Shown here piece by piece: positions 20,395 to 30,461 of a stretch of DNA of 64,000 nucleotides. This DNA is from Planctomycetota bacterium (lineage in GTDB: Bacteria; Planctomycetota; MHYJ01; WSZJ01). How positions within the stretch are numbered: the first letter of the stretch is position 1; each line of letters starts with the position of its first letter. The notes under the pieces are model-generated. The model made no database searches, was not told the DNA's origin, and saw nothing but the letters and a program-made list of their open reading frames with translations. The position numbers and the translations under genes were made by a program. The stretch is taken from the NCBI GenBank assembly GCA_038060895.1, contig JBBTCT010000034.1:32001-96000 (forward strand), written 5' to 3'.

Positions 20395-20988
20395 ATGGGC
20401 AACAAGACAGACTTTCACCGAAAGTTGGATGACTTGTGGAGCCGTCGAACCGAAGAGCTTCGGGCCCTTGTAGGAATTCGTCATCGCGGTCCAAGACTGA
20501 AATTTAACAAGAAGATCCGCGAACAGCGGATCCGGGAGCTCACGGAGCTGGCGACAGAGATTCTGAGGGAAGACGCTAAGGACGAAATCGAAGCTCGCCT
20601 AAACCAAACCGGACGGAGACACATTCGTGGGTACGGCATTCAGGACAGATTCGATCGCATCTGGGACTGGGCCGAATCCTGGATTCGCGGGCCGATCGTG
20701 TATCTCTTCTGGAAAGGAAGTCGCTGCCTCTACGTGGGAAGGGGAAATTCCTGGAAGCGGCTGGGAAGCTACGAAAAGTCGTGGTACCTGAAGGAGGCTG
20801 ACTTGCTGGAAGTCCTTTGCGTCGCAGGAAAGAGCAATCTTCCGTTGGTGGAGTGCCTTTGTGTCCATCTCTATGAACCTCGGGACAACAAGTCGAAGCC
20901 GGCCAACAAAAAGTGGGGCAAGTCCTGCCCAATCTGTCTCACTCACGACCGAATCCAGGACGAATTGAGGTTCGTCTTTGCAACCTGA
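20395..20988 (+). CDS. Divergent GIY-YIG-like nuclease
   Basis: AAGGAGG RBS; PIVYLFW...LYVGRG...KRL...VE...EPRDN. Confidence 0.6.
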   Translation: MGNKTDFHRKLDDLWSRRTEELRALVGIRHRGPRLKFNKKIREQRIRELTELATEILREDAKDEIEARLNQTGRRHIRGYGIQDRFDRIWDWAESWIRGPIVYLFWKGSRCLYVGRGNSWKRLGSYEKSWYLKEADLLEVLCVAGKSNLPLVECLCVHLYEPRDNKSKPANKKWGKSCPICLTHDRIQDELRFVFAT

Positions 20989-21014
20989 GAGTTCGTTGCC
21001 CTCCCCACACCTCC

Positions 21015-21180
21015 CTACTCCATGTCCTCCGCCTCCACGATCTCCGTCCTCGGCTTGCCCGTAGCCTTGCTCTTCATGTTGAGCACCTCGAACGTGTACT
21101 TCCCTTTGTGGGCGACGTCGGCGGGGAAGGTCGCCTGGCCGACGCCGTTGAGCGCCTTCAGCACGCGGTTCGTTCGACTC
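21015..21180 (-). pseudogene. Orphan 3' fragment of an unknown gene
   Basis: Coding-like RVLKALNGVGQATFPADVAHKGKYTFEVLNMKSKATGKPRTEIVEAEDME-stop with no credible start. Confidence 0.4.
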
Positions 21181-21214
21181 GCCCGCTTCCACGGCGAGCG
21201 GCCCGCAGTTCCCA

Positions 21215-21573
21215 CTCGTGAAACAGCCCGCACGATCCGTTTCCCGCCGCGATACCATTCGCAACGCGTTCGATCCGGCGTCCCAGTGAGGCGGCATGCT
21301 GCGGAAGACATGGCTGGCACTTCTCCTCTGCGCGGCCCCGCTCGCGGCCGAGGAGGGCTACGACGCGGGCGACAGCTGCCCCGACTTTGAGCTCTTCAAC
21401 ACGGACGGCCGCGCCGTCCGGCTCTCCGAATTCCGCGGGCGCGTCGTGGTGCTTCACCTGTTCGCCACGTGGTGAGGCGGCTGCCAGGCGGGCGGGGCGC
21501 CGATCGCGCAGTTCGCGCGGGAGATGAAGGACGACGGGCGGGTGGCGTTCGTCGAGATCGCGGGCGGGGAGAC
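21215..21573 (+). repeat. 359-bp direct repeat, copy 1 (upstream region plus 5' part of a TlpA-like redoxin gene)
   Basis: Near-identical to 29089-29447. Confidence 0.95.
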
Positions 21574-21652
21574 GCCCGAAGCCGCGGCGGAGCGCGAGAG
21601 TTCGACTATGATCACGGGCGATGGAAGTCTCCCTCCACGCGAACATGTGTGA
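21296..21652 (+). pseudogene. Truncated TlpA/redoxin family putative selenoprotein (W-U-G-G-C), copy 1
   Basis: Signal peptide, GDSCPDFELFNTDGRAVRLSEFRGRVVVLHLFATW-TGA(21473)-GGC; redoxin-like sequence lost after about 21590. Confidence 0.75.
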
Positions 21653-22091
21653 CGCGACAACAAGTCGAATCGCTCACGCTCTTCGCGCTCCCTTCAAGTC
21701 TCTTGGCAGCGCCCTGAGCAAGGATTACGGCGGGACGATGAAGAATCTGTGGATTGACCTGGAATTGATCGAGTCGCGCGCGAAGCCTCGGCCCTTTCGC
21801 TTCCAGAAGAAGGTGGGTGGAAGTTCACCGGACAAGCTCACGGGATTACCCAGAGAAGTTCATGAGAATGTCGGCCACTACAGCGTCTGCCCTGACTTCG
21901 AGAAGCTTCGCCAACTCCCGCAAGACTCGGTTGTCAGCTACGTGCTGGGTGTCGTCTACGTCTCGACTTCGGTACTCCTCGACAAAAGGAAAAAGCTCGG
22001 AGGACTCGATGCCGAGCGATTCCGCGCCGATTTCGTCACGGCCTGCGAACAGCTCGGCCATGCGGTGATCGCGGAGAACGGGCCGGGCTAG
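21621..22091 (+). CDS. Hypothetical protein (possible immunity-type protein)
   Basis: 156 aa ORF; TATGAT 8 nt before ATG. Confidence 0.6.
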   Translation: MEVSLHANMCDATTSRIAHALRAPFKSLGSALSKDYGGTMKNLWIDLELIESRAKPRPFRFQKKVGGSSPDKLTGLPREVHENVGHYSVCPDFEKLRQLPQDSVVSYVLGVVYVSTSVLLDKRKKLGGLDAERFRADFVTACEQLGHAVIAENGPG

Positions 22092-22329
22092 CCTACAGAG
22101 GGCAGCCTCCGTCGACAGGACTTACTCGACGCTCTCGGCGCCTCGACGCGAAGCCCCTCTCGTGTCGGCCTCGAAGTCCTTCCGCTTGATCTTCGCCCGC
22201 CGGCCATCGGGGTGGCGAAAGACGATGCCCTCCGCAAGGTGCCCGGGCGAGGACCGAGCACCGGGCGCTGGGCGGCGGCCATGGATTCCTTCTGAGGCGA
22301 GGGAGAAGCGAAAACGCTAGATTCGCGGC

Positions 22330-23283
22330 ATGCGAAACGTCCGAACGGGACCGGCGCCCCGGAAAAGGGTGCCGGAAGTCTGGCTCGTGGCCGCGGAGAC
22401 ACCCGAGGGACTCATCGAGTACAGGACGTTCGGCACGCGGCGCGAAGCGCTGGCCTGTCATCGCGAAGAGCCGACAGTCCAGTGGGGAGACGAGACTTTT
22501 CGCACGGTTGTCGTCCGGGACTCGCCGGACCTGGTTCTCCGCACCAACGACATCCGGCTGAAACGGGGCTTCGACGTGACGCGGCGCGAAATCTGGCTGA
22601 AGCGTTGCGCGCCATGGCTCAAGGGCCTGCAATCGAGCGCGCGGACAACGCGGGTCTTTGTGTGGGAGGACGTCCCGCCGAAGGGCTTGCTCGAGACGCG
22701 CCTCGGCGGGCCACCTCTTCTGCGGTATGGCGAAACCCATCCCCGGTGCGCGGACTGCAGCAGCATGATGTCGTTCGTGGGCGCCCTGGACTTCCGCGGA
22801 TCGCAGTTCCGACGCCAAGCCGGCGGCGACCTGCTCGCAGCCTGGTTCTGTTTCGAATGCGGCGCTTCCCCGAGCCACGCCGCGCGCTGGTACTCGCGCG
22901 GCGACGCGATCCTGGAGGCGTGCACGCCGCTAGAAGCCAAGTCGTTTCCGTGCCGAGCCGGCCGCGCCGTGACGACGATCGACCTGCCCGCGCGGATGGG
23001 CGACGAGCGGCATCCCTACTGGAATCCCGCGACGCAGGATCACTTTCTCGTCGGGCGGAGCGCCTACGGTAAGGTCACGGCCTGGGGGACGAAGATCGGG
23101 GGGCACCAGTTCTGGGTTCAGGGAGAGCAAGTCCCGAAGTGCCGCTGCCGGAAGCCGATGAGGTGGCTCGGGCAATTCTCGAGCGCCTTCGAAGTGCAGA
23201 TGGATGACGCCGGGATCATGTACATTTTCTTCTGCGCGAAAGGGCGCTGCGGGCTTACCACACTGGTTACGCAGGGGTTCTAG
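22330..23283 (+). CDS. YwqG/DUF1963-like protein
   Basis: TRLGGPP...CADC; TKIGGHQFWVQ...CRC...WLGQ...DAGIMYIFFC. Confidence 0.65.
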   Translation: MRNVRTGPAPRKRVPEVWLVAAETPEGLIEYRTFGTRREALACHREEPTVQWGDETFRTVVVRDSPDLVLRTNDIRLKRGFDVTRREIWLKRCAPWLKGLQSSARTTRVFVWEDVPPKGLLETRLGGPPLLRYGETHPRCADCSSMMSFVGALDFRGSQFRRQAGGDLLAAWFCFECGASPSHAARWYSRGDAILEACTPLEAKSFPCRAGRAVTTIDLPARMGDERHPYWNPATQDHFLVGRSAYGKVTAWGTKIGGHQFWVQGEQVPKCRCRKPMRWLGQFSSAFEVQMDDAGIMYIFFCAKGRCGLTTLVTQGF

Positions 23284-23398
23284 AAAGACACGAATCCCCG
23301 GCGGCGCCGCAGAAGGCGGTTGCGAAGCTGCGATTGTTTCATGAACTCTGGAGTGGCGGTTTCGTTAGCGTGATGAGGCCCGCTTTGGAGCCACATCA

Positions 23399-25648
23399 AT
23401 GCCGCTTTGTCCACGTCTGCTGACGGGCGTCCTGGCCTCGAGCCTCTTTCTGCTGAGTCCTGTCCATGCCGAAGATGCCTCGCCCAAGGTGACGGATTGG
23501 CGTGGGGGCGCGAAACTCGCGGGGCTGACCGACGCCGAGGTCGAGCGGCTCGCGAAACAGAAAATCCTGATCGCCGGCCCTCAGCGACTGCAGGTTTTTC
23601 AGGTCTACGAAGGCTCGAGGGTGCCTACCTTCGTCACGTCCGATGCGGTGCTCAACGCCTTCCACGTCCTCTTTGAAGAGAGCGTGGTCCGCCTTGAGAG
23701 GTCGCGTTCAGAACGGCTTGCGGGCGTGCTGCGTCCGATCTGGGACGGCATCCCGGAGGCGATCAAGCGATTCGAATGGCCGGAAGACGAGAAGCAGGAT
23801 GCCGTTCGTCGCGCGCAGATCACGATCGGCGTGGGGTTGCGCCTGCTCGGCGCGGAATCGCCGGGAGCCTCGAAGGATGTCCTGGATGCGATCGAGGCCG
23901 AAATCGGGCGCGTCCTCGCGGGGAAAGAGCGCCTGCGACCGGAATGGCTCGGCCCGCATGACGACGGATTTCCGTTCATCGACTACAGCCGGTTCGAGCC
24001 GCGCGGTTTCTACACGCGCGACGAACGCCTCCGGGCCTACTTCCGCGCGTCCGCCTGGCTGCAGGCCGTTCCCTTCAGGACCGGACAGGACCGCGAGATA
24101 CTGACAGCGGCGGTGATTTCCGAAGCGATCGGAGACCGCGCTGGACGGTGGGAGTACGAGCACTTCAATCGCGTCCGGACATCACTCCTCGGCCGCTACG
24201 GGGACCTGACGATCCCTTTCCGCGCGTTTTCAGACCGGCCGTGGTCGAAGGAGGACCTCAGGACTTATCGCAAGGATTGCGAGGAATCCTGGAAAAGCGC
24301 AAATCCACAGAAGGACGACCCTGTGGACGCCCTGGCTCCGCGCTTTCACGGGTTTGAGCCATGCCTGCGGGTCTTCCCCGCCGCCTTGTTGCCGGAGGGA
24401 CGGCTCTTCGATCTCTGGTGCGACCCGCGCGTGCAACCCACCAGGGAGCCGTCGGGATTGTTCGTCGCGGCCGCGCTGGGCGGAGACTTCGCGCGCGCGG
24501 AGGCCCTGGCGCATCGAACGCCGGGCGAAGCGGAGGAACTGGCCCGAGTCATTGACGCCTGCCGGTCCCTTCCGAGTTGCGGCGGCCTCTACGGCGACTA
24601 TCTGCATTGCCTCGAAGCGCTTCTCGACGAAGCCGAGCCCGATGCTCCGGCATTCGTGTCGTCAGACCCATGGAAGCGCAAGAGCACGAATGCAGCCCTG
24701 GCGGGCTGGGCGCAAGCCCGGCACACATGGGTTCTGCAGGCCCGTGAAGACGTCATGTGGGGCGGAAAGGAAGACACGCTGGCCGGGTTCGTCGAACCTG
24801 ACCCTGAGTTCTTCTCGAGGCTGGCCGAACTCATCGAGAGAAGCTCGACGCTTCTGGAGAAGGAGGGTGCCTTCGATGAAAGCCTGTCACGGCAGGAATT
24901 CCTGTGGCTCGCGAAGGATCTCGCCGAATCGCTTCGCGGCGGTGGCAGCCCGCGAGCCTGGACGGAGATCGAGGGGATGGTGATGTATGGTCGAAAGTCC
25001 GGGATTGTGGACTGGTTCTCCTGTCTGCGATCGGGCGAGGAGTTCGCGGGGATTCCGAGCCAGCAAGAGCTCACCCCTGAGGAGCTTCCGAAGGTCCTGA
25101 AGGCGGTGGAACGGGACATCAAGCTCCTTGAAGGAAGCGATCCCCTGCCTCGCTTGCTCGCTTCGTGCGTTTCGGACATCACGCCGCCGCTTCAGCTCAC
25201 CTGGCGAAGGCTCGAAAGGCTCTGCAGGCGTCTCGAAGCGATGTCCCAGAAGCAGCTGAGGGGCAGGCCCTGGGACCAGGAAGAGCGGCATTTCCTGTTG
25301 AACTTCGGGCCCGAGTTGGGCGCGGCGATGCTCTACGAAGGAAATTCCTACGAACACCCCAACGACGACGCGCCTCGCGTGTCGTCGGTGTACGCTGACC
25401 TGCGTGACCCGCGGGCGCCTCGTTACTTCCAGGCGGGAATCGCACGGCCTCGTGCGCTGTACGTCCTCTACCCGTGGAACGGTGAGGAGTGTCTCTGCCG
25501 CGGCGTGGTCGTGCCCTACCGCGAATTCGTCGGCCCGAATCGCCTCGGCGACGCGGAGTGGCGGGCGCTGCTGGACTCGAAGGATGCGCCTCCGTCCCCG
25601 TCGTGGATGGAGCCCGTGGTTTCGCCAGAACCGCCCGGGAAGAAATAG
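23399..25648 (+). CDS. DUF3160 family secreted protein
   Basis: FVTSDAVLNAFHVLF, DYSRFEPRGFYT, ALAGWAQARHTWVL, GFVEPDPEFF, RGVVVPYREF. Confidence 0.85.
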   Translation: MPLCPRLLTGVLASSLFLLSPVHAEDASPKVTDWRGGAKLAGLTDAEVERLAKQKILIAGPQRLQVFQVYEGSRVPTFVTSDAVLNAFHVLFEESVVRLERSRSERLAGVLRPIWDGIPEAIKRFEWPEDEKQDAVRRAQITIGVGLRLLGAESPGASKDVLDAIEAEIGRVLAGKERLRPEWLGPHDDGFPFIDYSRFEPRGFYTRDERLRAYFRASAWLQAVPFRTGQDREILTAAVISEAIGDRAGRWEYEHFNRVRTSLLGRYGDLTIPFRAFSDRPWSKEDLRTYRKDCEESWKSANPQKDDPVDALAPRFHGFEPCLRVFPAALLPEGRLFDLWCDPRVQPTREPSGLFVAAALGGDFARAEALAHRTPGEAEELARVIDACRSLPSCGGLYGDYLHCLEALLDEAEPDAPAFVSSDPWKRKSTNAALAGWAQARHTWVLQAREDVMWGGKEDTLAGFVEPDPEFFSRLAELIERSSTLLEKEGAFDESLSRQEFLWLAKDLAESLRGGGSPRAWTEIEGMVMYGRKSGIVDWFSCLRSGEEFAGIPSQQELTPEELPKVLKAVERDIKLLEGSDPLPRLLASCVSDITPPLQLTWRRLERLCRRLEAMSQKQLRGRPWDQEERHFLLNFGPELGAAMLYEGNSYEHPNDDAPRVSSVYADLRDPRAPRYFQAGIARPRALYVLYPWNGEECLCRGVVVPYREFVGPNRLGDAEWRALLDSKDAPPSPSWMEPVVSPEPPGKK

Positions 25649-25849
25649 CTCGAGTCGCAAGGTCTTGTTCGTGGTCCTGCGCGTCCTGTCCAGATGCCCG
25701 CCTCCCGTGCCCCGTTGCACGGGCTCGCCGTTGCGGCGGAAACGGCGGCTTCTAAGTTCGTAACTGTAAGGGCGGTCAAGATCGGCGAGCGATCGTGTAC
25801 CGTAACGTCGGCTCGTTGACAGGTGCATCCCGTGCTTCGGAGGAAGTCC

Positions 25850-27403
25850 ATGAACGCGCTTCGCCGGCTCACACTCGCCTCCGCCGTCGCCGTCGCTGTG
25901 CTCGCGCCGCTTCCCACATCCGCCTGCCTGGGCGAGTACCGGAGCCTGGACTGGATGGTGGGGCACGCCACGCTGATCTTCGTTGGGACGGTGGAATCGG
26001 TAGAGAAGGCGCCTTCGGGGCGGGAAGACGCGCGGAGAGGCCCCTCGCAGGACGGGCCGACAGTGGCGACGGTGAAAATCGTGCGCGTGCTGCATGGCAC
26101 GGCGCCGGACGCGACGATCCGGCTCCGGTCCGGGCCGGTCGCGTCCTGAGCACCGGAGGCCATCTACTTCGGTTTCGAAGTCGGTCAGACTTCGATTTTC
26201 ATCCTGATCGGTTCGACGTCCAGCGGTACGGCAACGCTGTCGCGGGGCGCCTGCGTGCAGGGCTTGGAAGACCTGGAGGCCTTGCGGTCGCGCATCGTCC
26301 GCGCAAAGGCGTGGCGGGCGGAGCACCTCGAGCAACTGCGAAGGACGGACCCGAAGCTTTTCGAGGCGGCCGAGGCGCTCAACGCAGAGATGAGGAAGGC
26401 AGTAGAAACGGCGCCCTTTCCCGATCCCAGGGATGATGGCTCGTCGTTCGAGGCTACTCATGAGGCGGTCGAAAAGCTGACGAAGCGCCTCGCCGAAATT
26501 GAACCGCAGGTCGCGTTCGAGGCCCTGGCGATGGATTGGCTGGACACGACGAAAGGGCACTGGTCCGGTGACGAATACAGTGTTTGGGGAAATGCGGTCA
26601 GGGATGCTTTCCGCGACCGCGAGAAAGAAGTAGCGACACTTCAGAAGAACGAAGCCGAACGCCTGCTTCTCCGTGCCGGCCTCTCGAAGACCCAGGTCGC
26701 GGAGTACATCGCGGCGGTGGACAGCGGCTTCGGAAGATCCCCCGAGTTCCCCCTTGATCCGCCGAACGGCTACCGACTCGACAAACTTTCGCCGGAGATC
26801 GCGACCACGGACTTCATCCTCCGCTGCGAAACGTACGACCGCGGGGCGATCTACTTGCTCTACGGCATGTGGGGAGAACGGCTTGCCAAGATCCTCCCCG
26901 CGCGCGTCCAGGACCGGATCCCGTCCATGCTCTCCAGCCCGGACGGCGACGCGTGGGTCGCGGCGCGTCTGATCGAGGAAGTGAAGGGATTCCACTTCGT
27001 CGATGAGGTCCTCCGTCGCCAGGTGGCCGGGGAGAGGCCGGGCGTGTTCCTCTTCCTCAACGCGGACGACAAGAACTGGAAAACCGATGTCCTCAACGAG
27101 ATGTTCAAGCGGGCAAGAACCGGGTACTCCCTCTGGGGAAGATCCCGGCTCTGGGACTCGTTGGGGACAAGCGGGATCGATGACCCCGTGTGCATCGGCG
27201 CTGCAATTGCGGATCTCGAGAACGAAGAAAAGGCCGGGAAGCGCACGGAGGATGAGGAACGCTGGGCCTCCGGGTTTCGCGATTCGCTTCGGCGTTATCT
27301 CACCTTCGCCCAGTCCGCCCGAAGCGCACAGGGGGACGCAAAGAAGTCCGCCGCGGAGTGGAATGAGTGGTTCGAGAAGAATCCGGCTCCGGCGAAAAAG
27401 TGA
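25850..27403 (+). CDS. Secreted protein with N-terminal TIMP/NTR-like OB domain and one in-frame TGA (codon 100; putative selenocysteine)
   Basis: GGAGG RBS; ORFs 25823-26149 and 26255-27403 share a frame with only TGA 26147-26149 between them; AC...IFVGTV...VRVLHG...AS-U-...FEVGQ...AC pattern. Confidence 0.65.
26150..26186 (+). promoter_or_regulatory. Candidate bacterial SECIS hairpin
   Basis: ACTTCG-GTTT-CGAAGT perfect 6-bp stem with GU-starting loop 22 nt after the TGA; outer GGCC/GGTC pairing. Confidence 0.5.
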
Positions 27404-27486
27404 TCGGTCGGGGCGAGGCCAGGACGAAGCGCGGCGTCTTTCACAACCGAACCGTCATTGCTTCGGCTGGAAAACGAACCGCGGTT

Positions 27487-27638
27487 GGCTTCACCGCCGA
27501 CATGGACTACGAGGGCCGGTCGCTCAAGGCCCAGATGCGAAGCGCCAACCGCGTGAAAGCGCCGTGGGTCGTGATCATCGGCGGGGATGAGCCGTTCGAC
27601 TCGCTTCGCTCGCTCACTGTGGACTGGCGAAGGGGGTG
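27487..27638 (+). repeat. Degenerate hisS 3' fragment, copy 1, with 32-bp REP-like insert
   Basis: Aligns to hisS 10849-10968 plus insert 27592-27623. Confidence 0.95.
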
Positions 27639-27713
27639 CTGATGTTGGGCCGGTGTCGGATACAGTAGTCAGCGACTGGCCGTTCCCCTTCTACACGGTT
27701 CTACGCACACACC

Positions 27714-29009
27714 ATGAAAACAATCGGCTTCCTATCCTGCGTCCTCGGCGTTGCCATGTCGCTCCCGGCATACGCCCAGGGTGCTCCCGTATCAATCCCG
27801 ATCCGCACAGGAGTGCTTGGCGCCACGGAGCTCGGCTACCAGGGATACGCCGATGGGATCGAGCATCCCATCGAGGGGCAGAGCTTCGAAGCCTATGGCC
27901 ACGAAATCACACTCGATCGCAACGGTGCTCAGCCGACCGTGACAGTCGCGGGCAAGGCCACGAAGATCGCACGATTTCCGTGGATTCTCAAGCTGGGCTC
28001 AGGTGGCGAGGCCCGCGCAATCGAGATCGTGAGCCACGGCGAACGCCTGATGTGGACCAGCCATTGGGGCGCGACGTTCCAGCTCGACCAGCAGCCGTTC
28101 GCCGTCATCGATGCGGACGGCGACGGCGTGCTCTGGGAAATCGGAGAGGACGCGATTATCGGTCCCGACAGCTCGACGGCGACCCGCTACACGGGTGGGG
28201 CGTGGACCACGAAAGGCGGCTGGACCCTCGCGCCCGATGGCCCCCGGCTCCGGGCCTCCGCGATCGCGCTGTCATGTCCCCCGGAAATGCACAAGGCCTG
28301 GTGCCGATTCAACGTCGAGCGCCAGGCCGCGGGTTGCCAACCGGTCGCCTGGGACGAGGAGCTCGCGCGCGGTTGCCGCGCCCACGTCGCCTACTTGGCG
28401 CGCAACGACGTCCGCGGTCACGACGAAGATCCCAGCAAGCCCGGGTTCACCGAGATAGGTCGGACCGCCGCGAAGCAGTCCGTCCTGGGGTATCAATACG
28501 CCGACCCGCTCGAGGCGATCATCGAGCAATTTCGCACTGCCTACCACCTCGAGAATGTCATGAAACCCGGGCTCTTGAGCTCGGCGATGGCGATCCAGGG
28601 CACTCACTTCGCCTGCAACACCGAGGGTGGTAAGTCGGAGTCCGTCCAATCGGGATCGGTCGCCTGGGTCTGGCCTGCTCACGGCCGCCGCGATGCGTTT
28701 CGCGTGTTCAACGCGGGTGGCGAACAACCGATGCCAGTGCCGGGCCACGAGAAGGATTACCAAATGACCTTGGGGCAGGTCGTGTGCGCCAAGGTGACCC
28801 CGGGCAAGTGGGATCTGGTCGTCGAGACCGCCGCGGGCCAGCGCATCGAGGGCGTGCTGACCTTCCCCGGAAAGGGCATCGCCGGCAAGCCGGACAACGA
28901 CGAATTGGTGATCCTGGCGCCAGCGGCCTCGCTTCCCGTCGGCATGCTCCGCGCCACCTTGTCGCGCGACGGGGCGATCGAACGCCGGTGGTGGTTCGCC
29001 ACGCGTTGA
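27714..29009 (+). CDS. Secreted CAP/SCP domain protein
   Basis: Signal peptide; FNVERQAAGCQPVAWDEELARGCRAHVAYL...GHDE...TAYHLENVM. Confidence 0.75.
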   Translation: MKTIGFLSCVLGVAMSLPAYAQGAPVSIPIRTGVLGATELGYQGYADGIEHPIEGQSFEAYGHEITLDRNGAQPTVTVAGKATKIARFPWILKLGSGGEARAIEIVSHGERLMWTSHWGATFQLDQQPFAVIDADGDGVLWEIGEDAIIGPDSSTATRYTGGAWTTKGGWTLAPDGPRLRASAIALSCPPEMHKAWCRFNVERQAAGCQPVAWDEELARGCRAHVAYLARNDVRGHDEDPSKPGFTEIGRTAAKQSVLGYQYADPLEAIIEQFRTAYHLENVMKPGLLSSAMAIQGTHFACNTEGGKSESVQSGSVAWVWPAHGRRDAFRVFNAGGEQPMPVPGHEKDYQMTLGQVVCAKVTPGKWDLVVETAAGQRIEGVLTFPGKGIAGKPDNDELVILAPAASLPVGMLRATLSRDGAIERRWWFATR

Positions 29010-29088
29010 ACAGCGACGTACAAGAAGCCCCTGTCGAGCACGAAACCATCCTCTTCCGCATCGTCTACTACGCGTCCTGCGCTTCCTG

Positions 29089-29447
29089 CTCGTGAAACAC
29101 CCCGCACCATCCGCTTCCCGCCGCGATACCATTCGCAACGCGTTCGATCCGGCGTCACAGGGAGGCGGCATGCTCCGGAAGACATGGCTGGCACTTCTCC
29201 TCTGCGCGGCCCCGCTCGCGGCCGAGGAGGGCTACGACGCGGGCGACAGCTGCCCCGACTTTGAGCTCTTCAACACGGACGGCCGCGCCGTCCGGCTCTC
29301 CGAATTCCGCGGGCGCGTCGTGGTGCTTCACCTGTTCGCCACGTGGTGAGGCGGCTGCCAGGCGGGCGGGGCGCCGATCGCGCAGTTCGCGCGGGAGGTG
29401 AAGGACGACGGGCGGGTGGCGTTCGTCGAGATCGCGGGCGGGGAGAC
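29089..29447 (+). repeat. 359-bp direct repeat, copy 2
   Basis: Near-identical to 21215-21573. Confidence 0.95.
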
Positions 29448-29450
29448 CCC
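29170..29450 (+). pseudogene. Truncated TlpA/redoxin putative selenoprotein, copy 2
   Basis: Same sequence with TGA at 29347-29349 in W-U-G-G-C. Confidence 0.75.
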
Positions 29451-29484
29451 TTCGTGGTTCGACGCGCCTGATATACTTGCACCC

Positions 29485-29799
29485 ATGAAAGCGAATGGCT
29501 CCACGCACAAGTCGTCGCCGGCGGCCGAAGTGGCCCGGCTGCGGCGGCTGATCGAGCGAGTTGAGAAGAACCTGAGTGCCAAAATCGCACACCTTGAAGA
29601 GAAGCTCGAGGCTGGCGCGCGGGGCGGCGCTTCTGCACGGCTCCGCGAACGCAACGAGCTACGGGCGCGGGGCGGCGTGGCGCGCCTCCAGTCGGACCTG
29701 CGAACGCAGTACGAGATGGGCATCATCGATCGACAGGGCCGCCGGGTCCGCACGGGCTGGCCGGACAAGAAGCTTGAGCGCGGCTCCGACGTGGTGTGA
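29485..29799 (+). CDS. Small basic coiled-coil protein, putative antitoxin partner of the downstream kinase
   Basis: TATACT 7 nt before ATG; GTGA overlap with the next gene. Confidence 0.6.
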   Translation: MKANGSTHKSSPAAEVARLRRLIERVEKNLSAKIAHLEEKLEAGARGGASARLRERNELRARGGVARLQSDLRTQYEMGIIDRQGRRVRTGWPDKKLERGSDVV

Positions 29800-30434
29800 G
29801 CGCTTCAGCTCAAAAGCGGCCGCCGGTCATGGACCTCGTGGCGGGACCCCAGGGGAGCGGCAAATCCACGTTCTTCCCCGTCAGGGAGAGCGGCGTTGCG
29901 GCGTTCAACGTCGACGAACACCGCAAGAGCCTGAATCGCGGATCCTCGGAGAACATTCCCGAACACGTGCTGCGGAGAGCCCTCGCGGACTACGAGGCGT
30001 TCATCGAGGGGCACATCCGGGCGAAAGAGAGCTTCTCAATTGAAGTCACCCTGGGGAAAGACATCACGTTCCAGCAGGCGCGAAAAGCCAAGCGCGCGGG
30101 ATTCAGCGTGGAAATGACGTTCGTCGCCGCAGAGTTACAGGACTGCCTTGCGCGCGTAGCCAAACGACTGGAGGCCGGCGGGCACGGAGTTCCGCCCGAG
30201 GTCATCACGGCCACGCACGAGGCCAGCATGAAAAACCTGCCCCGCGCCCTTGCGCAATTCGACGCCGTGGTGGTCTACGAAAATGCCGGGCTCGCGGGGC
30301 CGGAAATCGATCCCGCTTCCCTGTTCCCTCGCCTGGTCCTTGAGGCGCAGTCGGGCCGGGTCACGTTTGTCGCCGAGGGGCCGCCGGAATGGCTGCGGAA
30401 GGCATTGGCGGGCAGCCGCTTCGAATTGAAGTAG
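29796..30434 (+). CDS. Zeta-toxin-like P-loop kinase/ATPase (COG4185-like)
   Basis: AGPQGSGKST, SFSIEVTLG, RVAKRLEAGGHGVP. Confidence 0.8.
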   Translation: MSASAQKRPPVMDLVAGPQGSGKSTFFPVRESGVAAFNVDEHRKSLNRGSSENIPEHVLRRALADYEAFIEGHIRAKESFSIEVTLGKDITFQQARKAKRAGFSVEMTFVAAELQDCLARVAKRLEAGGHGVPPEVITATHEASMKNLPRALAQFDAVVVYENAGLAGPEIDPASLFPRLVLEAQSGRVTFVAEGPPEWLRKALAGSRFELK

Positions 30435-30461
30435 ACGCCCGTTCGCGCTTAACTTGAGCGC

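Noticed and set aside
29170-29799. Genuine redoxin-antitoxin fusion protein via TGA read-through
   Set aside because: The frame is continuous, but the redoxin part is truncated as in copy 1 and the downstream gene has its own TATACT box before ATG 29485; likely coincidental
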